From: an uncultured Collinsella sp. | Lineage (GTDB): Bacteria; Actinomycetota; Coriobacteriia; Coriobacteriales; Coriobacteriaceae | Length of the DNA: 64,000 nt | NCBI GenBank assembly: GCA_902488525.1 | Contig: CABTWP010000001.1 | Coordinates: forward strand, 19,970 to 83,969 | Direction: 5' to 3' | Shown here: positions 46,141-54,783 of the stretch, piece after piece | Position numbering within the stretch: the stretch's first letter is position 1 | Layout of the letters: every line of letters starts with the position of its first letter | Made by a program: the position numbers and the translations under genes | Notes under the pieces: model-generated | Seen by the model: the letters and a program-made list of their open reading frames with translations, nothing else | Told to the model about the DNA's origin: nothing | Database searches by the model: none

Positions 46141-46466
46141 TACTGGTCACCTCCGACCGTCATGAGCAGGTAGTCGATGTTTGCCGTGTTCTGCTCGGTC
46201 TGCGTCGGCTGCGACGCCCGCTCGCGCATCTGGTCGATCAGCGCCGACACGTCGAGCGTCTCGCCACTGTCATAGGCGGCGAGCGTCGCGGTGTAGGCGA
46301 GCTTTCGCGCCTTCCGCTCAGCGTACTCGTCATCGTCGATAACGCCCGCGTCGTGCGCCGCGTCGGGGTCGCCGATCTGCGACAGCAGATCGCGCAGGGC
46401 GTTGACCTCGGCCATGGTGCCATCTTGAAGATCGTTGGGGCGCGGCGTGTCTTCCTCAGTGTCCAT
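46140..46466 (-). CDS. Phage protein (possible tail-fibre assembly factor)
   Basis: 108 aa ending EQNTANIDYLLM, typical of the gene before xkdX. Confidence 0.6.
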   Translation of the reverse strand: MDTEEDTPRPNDLQDGTMAEVNALRDLLSQIGDPDAAHDAGVIDDDEYAERKARKLAYTATLAAYDSGETLDVSALIDQMRERASQPTQTEQNTANIDYLLMTVGGDQ

Positions 46467-46499
46467 GCGGACTCCTCTCTTGTCGGGGAATGTGCCGCT

Positions 46500-46521
46500 A
46501 TCGTATTAGCGCCGTGAGATT
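46500..46521 (-). promoter_or_regulatory. Putative phage late promoter AATCTCACG-N7-TACGAT
   Basis: Same 9-mer and spacing as 61533-61554. Confidence 0.55.
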
Positions 46522-46584
46522 GCCGAGCCGCTTTGATGGGCGCAAAGGAAGAAGGCGCGCCGCAGCACGCCTTCGATGTCTCTG

Positions 46585-47829
46585 TTATTTCGCAGCCGCT
46601 TCGCTTAGGCCGCTGCTTTGAGTTGCCGGTTCTCCGCTATTGCGAGGGCTTGCTTCCGCTTGAATCGTCCCTCTGGTTGGCCTGCATTGAGCACCCCCCC
46701 CCTGCGCGAGATTTCCGAACAGGCTTCGGTACAGCGCGTCCATGGCCCGCACGCTGCGGTGCGCGTCCAGCCGCTTCATGCCTCCGCGCCAGCTCTGGTA
46801 GCTCTGCTCCACCTGCTCAGGGGTCATGATGCCATCGGCGACCATGCGGGCCATCTTCTTGAGCTTGCGGCGCTTCCGCGTTATGGAGTCTCGGCACGGC
46901 TTCACGACTATGCGGCCCGTGTCCGTGTAGAAGATGCGCTTCTTCAGCCACGTGAACCCGCGCGTGAGCTTCACCACGCGGGTCTTGCGCGGGTTCAGTT
47001 CGATGCCCAGCTCGGCGCATTTGCGCTCTATGAGCAGCAGGCACACCTGCAAGTAGTCCTTGGACTCGTGTATCAGGTAGAAGTCGTCCATATATCGACC
47101 GTAGGCCTCGGGGCGCAGCATCTCGATTGCGTAGTGGTCAATGCGGTTGGGGTGCGCGACGGCGCATATCTGGTTCGGCTCGCTGCCCAGCCCCAGGCCC
47201 ACATCGCCCTGCGCGTCTATCAGGCGGTGCTCCAAGGCGACCACGCGCGGATCTAGCAACGCGGAGGCCACCTGGTCTTTGACGGGTTGGTGCGCTATGC
47301 GCGCGAAGTAGTCGGAGAAGTCGCCGAGCAGTATGTAGCCCTCGCGGCCGTGCCGCCTCCAGTGGTCGGCCAGGTGGCGCTTGAGCAGCTTCAGGGCGTA
47401 GTCGGTGCCGCGCCCCTTTATGTTCGCGGAGTTCGCGGCTATGAGGGTGGGCACGATCGCGGGCACGAGCGCGTTCTGCGACAGCGACTTCTGCACCACG
47501 CGCTCGGGAAAGTGCACGGCGCTGATGTGGCGCAGCTTGCCGCGCTCCCATAGGTCGAAGCGGATGAAGCCCCGGCATATGTCGCGGCCCTCCAAAAGGT
47601 CGCGGCGGGACAGGACGGCGTTGCGCAGGTAGTCCTTCATGTATCGCTGCGTGGATGCCTTCCACATCACGCCGCGCGCGGCCTGCTTCGATGCCTTGCA
47701 CAGGCTGTTGAGGTCGGCCACGGTATCAAGCGTGCACGCCTTGACACGATCGGCCTTGGCCTGCGCGCGCTTCTCCTCGCGGCGCTTACGGCGCGCCGCC
47801 CGCCTTTGCTCGGAGTTCACAGGAGGCAC
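46585..47829 (-). CDS. DGR reverse transcriptase
   Basis: RT motifs GDFSDYF, GLGLGSEPNQ, YGRYMDD, LNPRKT, GFTWL; about 410 aa, no maturase/endonuclease domain; adjacent to TR and avd; start may be GTG 47820. Confidence 0.96.
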   Translation of the reverse strand: MPPVNSEQRRAARRKRREEKRAQAKADRVKACTLDTVADLNSLCKASKQAARGVMWKASTQRYMKDYLRNAVLSRRDLLEGRDICRGFIRFDLWERGKLRHISAVHFPERVVQKSLSQNALVPAIVPTLIAANSANIKGRGTDYALKLLKRHLADHWRRHGREGYILLGDFSDYFARIAHQPVKDQVASALLDPRVVALEHRLIDAQGDVGLGLGSEPNQICAVAHPNRIDHYAIEMLRPEAYGRYMDDFYLIHESKDYLQVCLLLIERKCAELGIELNPRKTRVVKLTRGFTWLKKRIFYTDTGRIVVKPCRDSITRKRRKLKKMARMVADGIMTPEQVEQSYQSWRGGMKRLDAHRSVRAMDALYRSLFGNLAQGGGAQCRPTRGTIQAEASPRNSGEPATQSSGLSEAAAK

Positions 47830-48032
47830 CCCGCGCGGCTTGCAATGTGGCTCTGGCAGCCGCTTGAGGTATGGCCATGAAACGCGGCGAAGCCACGGAG
47901 CGCCGCGCCATGCAAGCAGCGTCCGGCCACCCTCGCGGGGTGCGTATTTACGGGCGCATGCCCGACGGTCGCGCCTTCCTTCCTCTTCGCGCTCTGCTTT
48001 CGGCTCTGGAGCCTACTCGGTCTGGCAATAAG

Positions 48033-48161
48033 GGAATCCGGGGCGGGGGCGAACCCAGACGTTCGTCGCCGAGTTGTAGTTGGCATTGCCGTTGTTGTTG
48101 ACATAGCACACGTTGGACGCGGAGCCCGACGCAACGGAACGCAGCCACCAATTGTACCGAT
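48033..48161 (-). repeat. DGR template repeat (TR)
   Basis: Non-coding, nine AAY codons in the VR frame, 118/129 identical to the VR. Confidence 0.96.
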
Positions 48162-48184
48162 AAACAAGGCGCGACCGCCGTCCA

Positions 48185-48655
48185 TTATAGCGAACGCAGG
48201 CGCTCTAGCTCGGCCTCGGCCTCGGCTATGCGCTCCTCGGTGGACTTCTTGCCGGTGACGCGCACGTTCTTGCGCGCGCCCTTTAGCAGCTTGATCTCCT
48301 CCTCGACCATGGCCGCCAGCTCCTCGAAGCGGTTGGCGTTCACGGGCAGGCCGATATCCATGAGGCACTGCATGTCCAGCATAAGCTGCTCGCAGTCCGC
48401 TATGGCCAGCGTCAGGTAGCGTTTCCTCTCCAGCGCGTTGAACGAGCTGTTGGGATAGAAGCAGTCGGCGCGGTTGACGTTGTACACGATGCTGCGCGCC
48501 GTCTCCACGGTCGGCACCGCGTTCAGCAGCCTGTAGGCCTTGGGCACTACTGAGGAGGACGCCATCAGTTTATTAACCTCCACGCGGATGGCGATGGCCT
48601 GTGTGAAGAACTTGTACTCGGACACCTCGCGGTTGCGCTGGTAGACGCCGCTCAC
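48185..48655 (-). CDS. avd: DGR accessory variability determinant (Avd-like four-helix bundle)
   Basis: 156-aa helical protein (VPKAYR...RKRYLTLAIADCEQL) between target and TR; GTG start after AGAAGG. Confidence 0.82.
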   Translation of the reverse strand: MSGVYQRNREVSEYKFFTQAIAIRVEVNKLMASSSVVPKAYRLLNAVPTVETARSIVYNVNRADCFYPNSSFNALERKRYLTLAIADCEQLMLDMQCLMDIGLPVNANRFEELAAMVEEEIKLLKGARKNVRVTGKKSTEERIAEAEAELERLRSL

Positions 48656-48679
48656 GTGCACCTTCTGGGGAAACTGGCG

Positions 48680-48704
48680 AAAAAAAACAGCCCGCTTCGC
48701 GGGC
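48680..48704 (-). terminator. Intrinsic terminator between the target gene and avd
   Basis: GCCCGC-GAA-GCGGGC-TG-T8 on the minus strand. Confidence 0.7.
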
Positions 48705-48708
48705 AGAG

Positions 48709-48731
48709 GGCGACCGCGCAAGGCGGTCGCC
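48709..48731. other. GC-rich hairpin downstream of the VR (candidate DGR homing cruciform)
   Basis: GGCGACCGC-GCAAG-GCGGTCGCC, 9-bp perfect stem, 30 nt past the target stop. Confidence 0.65.
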
Positions 48732-48760
48732 TAAAAGCAGAGTATAGAGCACTCGGCTGG

Positions 48761-49669
48761 CTAGCCGACGAGGAAGCCGGGGCGGGGGCGAACCCAGACG
48801 TACGTCGCCGAGGTGAAGTCGGCCTTGCCGTAGCTGTCGACATAGCACACGTAGGACGCGGAGCCCGACGCAACGGAACACAGCCACCAATTGTACCGAT
48901 TTCCGTTGACTCGGTGCGCCGTGTCTCGGAACAGGTCAAACTGGCAGTCGAAGCCCACGCTGTAGCCCTTCGTCCCCCACACGGGACAGCCGTACACCTC
49001 CATCTCCGACAGCGAGAACACCTTGCCGATATCCTGCCAGCTCCACGAGTTGGAGTCGTTGAGCGCGCCGCTGGCGCTGTACCGCTCCTCCAGCAGGACG
49101 CGCTGGGTGAGCAGGTACTTGGTCAGCCCCTCGGGCAGGCACGCCTCGAAGGCCGTCTCCCACGCCTTGAGGTTGCTGTTGGGGTAGGGGCATTTCTGGT
49201 CGGCGGTGCCCTGGTTCGTGTTGGTCGTGTTCCACATCAGGAAGCTGTCGTTGGCAACGCCGGTCACGGTCTTGGCCACGGCGATGGGCGCGGAGGCCAC
49301 GAAGGCGATGTGGTGGCCTTTGGAGCTGTCGCCGCAGCAGTAGTACGGGTCGAAGTGCGCCAGGAGGAAGCGCACGGACTGCTGGGCCGCCACGCCCGAC
49401 GCGCTTACCAGCGGCACGTCGATGTAGTCTCCCACGCGCAGGCCCGCGAAGTTGCCGTTGGCGGCTCGCTTGTGCAGCGCGTCGTACACGCTGCCGCTGC
49501 CGATCTCTCCCGCCAGGATGGTGGCGATGTTCTGCCCGCCGTACTTGCCGATTTGGCCCTGGCGGTTGTACTCGGCGTTGTTGAGCGCCGTCTGCGCGTT
49601 GCTGCGCGCGGTATCGTCGATGACGTTGAGCGGCTGGCCGCCTACGACCAGCGTCTTTGCATTTGCCAT
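48761..49669 (-). CDS. DGR target protein, probable receptor-binding protein with a C-terminal C-type-lectin-like fold
   Basis: KVFSLSEMEVYG...YNWWLxS...VRP.F; VR encodes the C-terminus; last gene of the tail module. Confidence 0.88.
   Translation of the reverse strand: MANAKTLVVGGQPLNVIDDTARSNAQTALNNAEYNRQGQIGKYGGQNIATILAGEIGSGSVYDALHKRAANGNFAGLRVGDYIDVPLVSASGVAAQQSVRFLLAHFDPYYCCGDSSKGHHIAFVASAPIAVAKTVTGVANDSFLMWNTTNTNQGTADQKCPYPNSNLKAWETAFEACLPEGLTKYLLTQRVLLEERYSASGALNDSNSWSWQDIGKVFSLSEMEVYGCPVWGTKGYSVGFDCQFDLFRDTAHRVNGNRYNWWLCSVASGSASYVCYVDSYGKADFTSATYVWVRPRPGFLVG
48772..48900 (-). repeat. DGR variable repeat (VR)
   Basis: 3' end of the target gene; differs from TR mainly at adenines; contains the GC-only 14-mer CGCCCCCGCCCCGG. 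Confidence 0.96.
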
Positions 49670-49678
49670 TTATCCTCC

Positions 49679-50413
49679 TTAGGAAAGGGTTACCGTGCTG
49701 CCCGATACTGAGCACGTGCTGCCGAACGTCACCGTGTCCCCGGATACCGACGCCTTGCCGGCAGGGCAGTAGACCGTGCCGTCCATGTAGATGAACTTGT
49801 CTGTCGCGTCGGCGAGCATCGTCGCGAGCTGGCCGTTCTGGCGGCGCAGCTCGGCGATGTCGGACTCGCCGGCGGCGCCCTGCGCCGCCGCGTTCGCGAT
49901 CTGCAATGCCGCGCTTGCCGCCGCATCGGCCCTCGACGCCGCACCGCTAGCGGCGGATGCCGCATCGAACGCGGATTGACCGAGCCGAGATAGCTCAGTG
50001 CTCCACTTCCTGTAGAGCTCGTCGAGCTCCTGGTCGTAGCTGACGGCAGGCCCTGTTGTCCCGTCCACATTTCCCAGGATGACGAGCGCGAAGTCCTCGG
50101 TAGTCTCGGAGGCCCCGTTGGCGTAGAACTCGAAGTAGGCCAGGCGGCATTTGCCGGTGCCGTTGACGGTCTCCGGCGCCAGCGTGGCGCTCACCGAGGC
50201 CGTGCCCACGGTCGCCGCGCAACGAGCCCACGTGCCGTCGGCGTGGAGCACGCACAGGCGCGCAAGCTGGCACGTTGGGGTGTACGTCGCTCCGTCCACG
50301 GTGAGCGACGCCGTTATCTTCTGGGTCTGGGTCTCGCCCCGGCGCACCGTGACGCGCTGCGGGACTGTGCCCTGGCGCTTGCGCATGTCGAGCGCTATCG
50401 CGTGGTTGATCAT
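49679..50413 (-). CDS. Baseplate upper protein (BppU-like)
   Basis: MINHAIALDMRK...VTVRRGE...AYFEFY...TEDF, then a coiled coil; start reassigned to 50413. Confidence 0.7.
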   Translation of the reverse strand: MINHAIALDMRKRQGTVPQRVTVRRGETQTQKITASLTVDGATYTPTCQLARLCVLHADGTWARCAATVGTASVSATLAPETVNGTGKCRLAYFEFYANGASETTEDFALVILGNVDGTTGPAVSYDQELDELYRKWSTELSRLGQSAFDAASAASGAASRADAAASAALQIANAAAQGAAGESDIAELRRQNGQLATMLADATDKFIYMDGTVYCPAGKASVSGDTVTFGSTCSVSGSTVTLS

Positions 50414-50826
50414 TCGGTCGCCTCCAGCGCCCTGAGCGCGGCGAGCGCGGCCTTGAAGGCCTCGACCGGGTCGACGGCCTCGGCCCCCTCCCCCGTCTCG
50501 TCGGCCGTGGCCGGCTGCGGGTCGACGAGGGCCGAGAGCGCGTCGAAGCACGCCACGGTGGCAGCCGTGCGCTTGTCGACGTACCCGGCGGTCGCCAGCG
50601 GGATGCCGTTGACCGTGGGGTCTGGCTTGCGGACGTCCGCGGCCTTGACGACCTCGCGCGAGCCGTCGTCGTACTGGGCGACAAATATGAGTCCGGCGTC
50701 CTCGGCGCGCTGGAGCACGTCCGGGTCGTACTCCGTCAGACACTGCTCGTTGTTGCCGATGATGTCGTGGACCGCGTAGCCCACGACGATTTTCTTGCTT
50801 GCTTCCATTCCTTCTTGTCCTTTCAT
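50410..50826 (-). CDS. Phage hypothetical protein
   Basis: 138-aa ORF filling the gap between Tal and BppU. Confidence 0.6.
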   Translation of the reverse strand: MKGQEGMEASKKIVVGYAVHDIIGNNEQCLTEYDPDVLQRAEDAGLIFVAQYDDGSREVVKAADVRKPDPTVNGIPLATAGYVDKRTAATVACFDALSALVDPQPATADETGEGAEAVDPVEAFKAALAALRALEATE

Positions 50827-50829
50827 CTC

Positions 50830-53800
50830 TTATCCGCTCCACCCGGACGGCATGGCCGACACGCCGATCAGCAGGCCGTTCCTGAACTCGAGCACCGACG
50901 ATGTCTGGGACTGGTCGTTGAAATATTTCTTGCCGTTCTCCGTGTAAAGCGGGTGGTATGCCGCTCCGACCTTGGTCGTCAGGCCTGACCACGTCGTGAC
51001 GCTCGTGTCGGCGCTGCCGCTCACGCTGAGCCTCGGGGTCGAGACTCGCACGACGCCCTGTCCCTGCAGCTGCAGTCCGTGGTAGATAATCGACGGATTG
51101 TCGATGTCATGTGACGTTGAGGAGCATTCGATGTATCCGTACTGCGTGCCGTCCTTGAACCCAGCCAGCTTCCCGCTCGAGTCGAGTTCCATGGCGTACC
51201 CGCTGCTGCGGTTTCCACCGGTGAAGCTTCCGGTCGCCGTGATGTTCTTCGCCGTCATGTAGTTGGTCGTCAGCACGCCTTCCTTGAGGTTCCACGAGTT
51301 GCGCCCCTTTGCGTCCGCGAGAGTCCCGGTTGCGATGTATGTCGCGTTGACGTAGACCCTGTTGTTGCTCATGTAGAGCCCCTGGTCGGCACCGTTGTTG
51401 GTCAGGCGGTCGAAGATGGCCTTCTGGTCCATCTGCTCGTCGTAGGCGCTCAGGATGCCGTCGGCGTAGTCCGACGCGTTCTTCTGCTCGATGGCGTGGC
51501 GCGCCCCGGTCGCGGCATCGGCGTAGTCCTTGACCGCGCTCGAGTAGGCTCCGAATGCGGCGTCGTACTCGTGCATGGCAGCCTTGAGCTCCTCGGCGGT
51601 CTTGCATATGAGCACCTTGTCGACCTTGTCGGCATAGGAGCCGTACGTGCCGCCCTCATCGGTCGTGCCGAAGGCCTTGGTGTAGCGGGGGCCGAGGACG
51701 GACGAGAGGAACTGGGCGCTGAGGGCCTTGTTCGACTTCAGCGCGTTGTACTGGCTCGTGAGCTCCTCGCGCTCTTTGTCCACGTCCTGCTTGGCCTTCT
51801 TGACCGCCGCCCTCTCCGCCTCGGTCACCACACCGTCTTTGGCGAGGTCCTGCACCGTCGTGTCGAGGCCGTTGAGCGAGCCCGTCAGGTCGTGCGCGCT
51901 CTGATAGGCCTTGTTGTACGCGGCCTCCAGCACCGGCGCCGTGTGGGTGACGCTGCCGTCGCCGTAGGTGACGCGCTCCATCGACCAGACGAAGTATCCG
52001 TTCGACCATTGCGGGAGGTCCTCGGACCATCCCAGCTCTGGGTTCTGCGCATTAATTGGCGGCACGCTGTCCGACTGGTTCCTCGCGTACAGCTTCACGC
52101 GCGAGACGATGGCACTGCCGGCCATCTGGTTTGATCCGTTGATGGCCTTGGCGAGGCACGGCGCGGTGTACGTGACCGAGCCGTCCGTCCACGTGATCTT
52201 GCTCCTCGTCCAGATGTACTTGCCCTTCGCCCAAGCGGGCTGGGCCTCCGACCAGCTGCCGTCGGACTGCGCCGTGGAGCTCGTGGAGAGGTAGTACTGC
52301 TCGACGATGCCGCGCACGCCGGTACCGGTCGAGCCCTTGTCGCCCTTGGCGCCGTCGATGCCGCTGATGCACACGGGCTCGCTGTACTCGATGTCGCCGG
52401 ACTGCATGGTGGTCTTGGTGCGCGTCCAGATGTACTTGCCCGACACCCATTGCGGCGCCGTGGTCTGCCATCCGCCCTGCGGCTCGGTGATGCGCGACGT
52501 TCCCTGGGCGTACTCGACGTCCACCGACGCTATCACGGCATCGGCGACGGCGATGTCCTTGTCGCCGAGCTTCGCGCCGGGGCCTAGACGGACCTCGCTC
52601 TCGTCGAGGTTCCAGTAGTTCTTGCCACTCCTGTCTTGGATGGTTCCGGCCTTGATCAGGTCGCCCATGAGCGTGCCGACCGTGATGAGGTCGGCGGTGA
52701 AGCCCGCGCCGGTGCCGAAGGTGCGCCAGTCCCACGAGCCGTCGGCCTTGCAGCCAGAGGCGATGCGGAAGCCCTGCGAGCACAGCTGCATGGCGCTGCC
52801 CTTGCCCGTGGTCGAGCGGCCGTTTGCGTCCATGGGTACGGATGCGTAGATTGTCCCCTGCTCGAAGCTGGTGAAGGTGTAGCTGCTGCCGGACATGTTG
52901 AACTGTGTGTTCATCGCGTCCACGACCTGCTGGAGGTACGACGGCGGCGTCGATGCCGCCACGTCCCAGCTGGACGAGCGCTTGGACAGGCTGGACACTT
53001 TCTGCTGCTGCGCCAGCAACATGTCCGCAATTGTCTCGGTCACGTTGCCGAGCGTCACGCGGACGGTGCCGCCGAGCTCATCGGTGACGAGCTTGGTCAC
53101 GCGGCCCTCGCAGCGCAGCGCCGGGCTGAATGCCGTATCGACGATCTGGACGTCGTCGCCCACGGCGACGCCCTCCCACTCGCGTCCGAACTGCACGAGG
53201 TCGACGGCGTCGGCCTCGTAGGTCACTCCCGGCTCTTTGCGGGAGCCGAAGTACGCGCGGGTCTCGGCGAGCAGCGTCGCCGCGTCCTCGCAATTTGGAT
53301 TTTCATATTGCCCGAACACGTGCGCGCGCCCGCCCCTGCCGTCGGGTCGACCGTAGAGCTTGAGCGCGGTCGCGTCCTCCACGTAGTTCTTGCCGTTGTT
53401 GATGTCGCCGAAGGTCAGCTTGCGGCCGTATCCGCCCGTGTCGGTCTCGATACCCTTGCCGTAGCCGTAGCAGGCGGTGATCGCCCCGTAGTGCTCGGTG
53501 CGTGATACCGATGTCAGGTCCTTGGTGTAGGTGAACCGGCGGTGGCCGCCCTTCGCGCCTCGATGCGAGCGGATGCCCACCCTGCGAGAGGCCACCCTGC
53601 CGCCGGATACGGTGATTTCAGTCTCAAGCTCGCCACCGCATTTCAAGATTGACTGGAGCGCCTCGCGCGACGAGGTGTGGTAGAAGGTCAGGCCCTTGTC
53701 GACGGTGCCGGTCTGGTCGACCGTTCCGGCGGTCCAGCGCGTCGGCGCAAGGCAGACGTTCAGTGCCTGGAGGAAGCCGTAGCCGTAGGGGCGCTTGTCC

Positions 53801-54084
53801 TCGATATAGTCGCCGTACGTCTCGCAGATTGAGTTGATCGCCGTGTCCGTGTAGACCGTATCGCCTCCGGCGTGGAGGCCCTTGGGGTCTTGGCAGACGT
53901 GCTCGTGGACCTTGCCGAGGCGGTCGGCCCACACGAGGCGGTAGCCCTGCTTGAGCGCGAAGGTCGTGGCGATGTCCACGCTGTCCTCGCCGTTGAGCTC
54001 GTCGGTATGGGTGAGGGCGAGCAGCTCCTCGGGGCCGATTGTCGATACGTAGGCGTCCTGCCACGTGTATACGTCAATTCGCAC
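50830..54084 (-). CDS. Tail-associated (Tal/tail spike) protein
   Basis: Follows Dit; prophage tail endopeptidase-like N-terminus (ITACYGYGKG, VGDDVQIVD), WDWRTFGTG, internal repeats. Confidence 0.85.
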   Translation of the reverse strand: MRIDVYTWQDAYVSTIGPEELLALTHTDELNGEDSVDIATTFALKQGYRLVWADRLGKVHEHVCQDPKGLHAGGDTVYTDTAINSICETYGDYIEDKRPYGYGFLQALNVCLAPTRWTAGTVDQTGTVDKGLTFYHTSSREALQSILKCGGELETEITVSGGRVASRRVGIRSHRGAKGGHRRFTYTKDLTSVSRTEHYGAITACYGYGKGIETDTGGYGRKLTFGDINNGKNYVEDATALKLYGRPDGRGGRAHVFGQYENPNCEDAATLLAETRAYFGSRKEPGVTYEADAVDLVQFGREWEGVAVGDDVQIVDTAFSPALRCEGRVTKLVTDELGGTVRVTLGNVTETIADMLLAQQQKVSSLSKRSSSWDVAASTPPSYLQQVVDAMNTQFNMSGSSYTFTSFEQGTIYASVPMDANGRSTTGKGSAMQLCSQGFRIASGCKADGSWDWRTFGTGAGFTADLITVGTLMGDLIKAGTIQDRSGKNYWNLDESEVRLGPGAKLGDKDIAVADAVIASVDVEYAQGTSRITEPQGGWQTTAPQWVSGKYIWTRTKTTMQSGDIEYSEPVCISGIDGAKGDKGSTGTGVRGIVEQYYLSTSSTAQSDGSWSEAQPAWAKGKYIWTRSKITWTDGSVTYTAPCLAKAINGSNQMAGSAIVSRVKLYARNQSDSVPPINAQNPELGWSEDLPQWSNGYFVWSMERVTYGDGSVTHTAPVLEAAYNKAYQSAHDLTGSLNGLDTTVQDLAKDGVVTEAERAAVKKAKQDVDKEREELTSQYNALKSNKALSAQFLSSVLGPRYTKAFGTTDEGGTYGSYADKVDKVLICKTAEELKAAMHEYDAAFGAYSSAVKDYADAATGARHAIEQKNASDYADGILSAYDEQMDQKAIFDRLTNNGADQGLYMSNNRVYVNATYIATGTLADAKGRNSWNLKEGVLTTNYMTAKNITATGSFTGGNRSSGYAMELDSSGKLAGFKDGTQYGYIECSSTSHDIDNPSIIYHGLQLQGQGVVRVSTPRLSVSGSADTSVTTWSGLTTKVGAAYHPLYTENGKKYFNDQSQTSSVLEFRNGLLIGVSAMPSGWSG

Positions 54085-54783
54085 CTAGAGCCACCTCTCC
54101 TCCCATTCGAGCGTCGCGGTGCCGCCGCTCGTCTTGATCTGCTGCACGCCGTCGAGCGAGAAGAAGTCGCTCGCGACGGTCACGGGCCAGTCCGCGCCGT
54201 TGACGGTGCAGCGCTCGGCGCGCATGTCCAGCACGACGGTCTGTGCGCCCGTGAACGACGCCTCGACGCGGACGAACCGCCCGGTCGAGACGTTGGTGAT
54301 TGTCCAGCTCGAGCCTGCCGGGGGCCTGCACGTGACCGTAGGGTAGGCTCTGTAGTTGCCCCCGGCGGCGACGGCGCGCTGGGATGCCGGCACCTGCTCG
54401 GAGCGCCGCTGCCCGTAGGCGGCGGGGTCTGCACAGTAGAACCCGAGCGTGAGATTCGGCATGTGTGCGTTGCGCCCCTGCTCCGCCCCTCCCCTGTAGC
54501 GCGCGAGCATGTAGCGCTCGGGGGCGTCGTCGAGCACGAGGGCCTTCTCGCCACCGGACAGCGCCGAGGCGAGCACGGCCCTTGCCTCGGCGACCTCGTC
54601 GAGGGAGCCGCCGACGATGTTGCAGTCGACCGCTATCTCGACGGGCTCGAGGCCCGTGGCGCGGACGTGTGTGCCGTCCATGCCGGGGACCTCGGTCTCA
54701 TCGAGCCGCACCTTGGGGACAATCGGTCTCGTGACCTTGGTCACCAGCAGGTACGGCGTTAGGTCGATTCCGCCGAATATCAT
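54085..54783 (-). CDS. Distal tail protein (Dit)
   Basis: MIFGGIDLT...EVPGMDG...LVLDDAPERY...FYCADPAAYG; ATG overlaps the tape measure stop. Confidence 0.85.
   Translation of the reverse strand: MIFGGIDLTPYLLVTKVTRPIVPKVRLDETEVPGMDGTHVRATGLEPVEIAVDCNIVGGSLDEVAEARAVLASALSGGEKALVLDDAPERYMLARYRGGAEQGRNAHMPNLTLGFYCADPAAYGQRRSEQVPASQRAVAAGGNYRAYPTVTCRPPAGSSWTITNVSTGRFVRVEASFTGAQTVVLDMRAERCTVNGADWPVTVASDFFSLDGVQQIKTSGGTATLEWEERWL

Noticed and set aside
46694..46702. G9 tract in the RT gene as a phase-variation switch
   Set aside because: It lies after all conserved RT motifs in a low-complexity tail, so slippage would change only the last 35-40 residues
46585..47829. RT as a group II intron, retron or Abi RT
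   Set aside because: No maturase or endonuclease domain, and the adjacent adenine-biased TR/VR pair and avd-like gene explain it as a DGR RT
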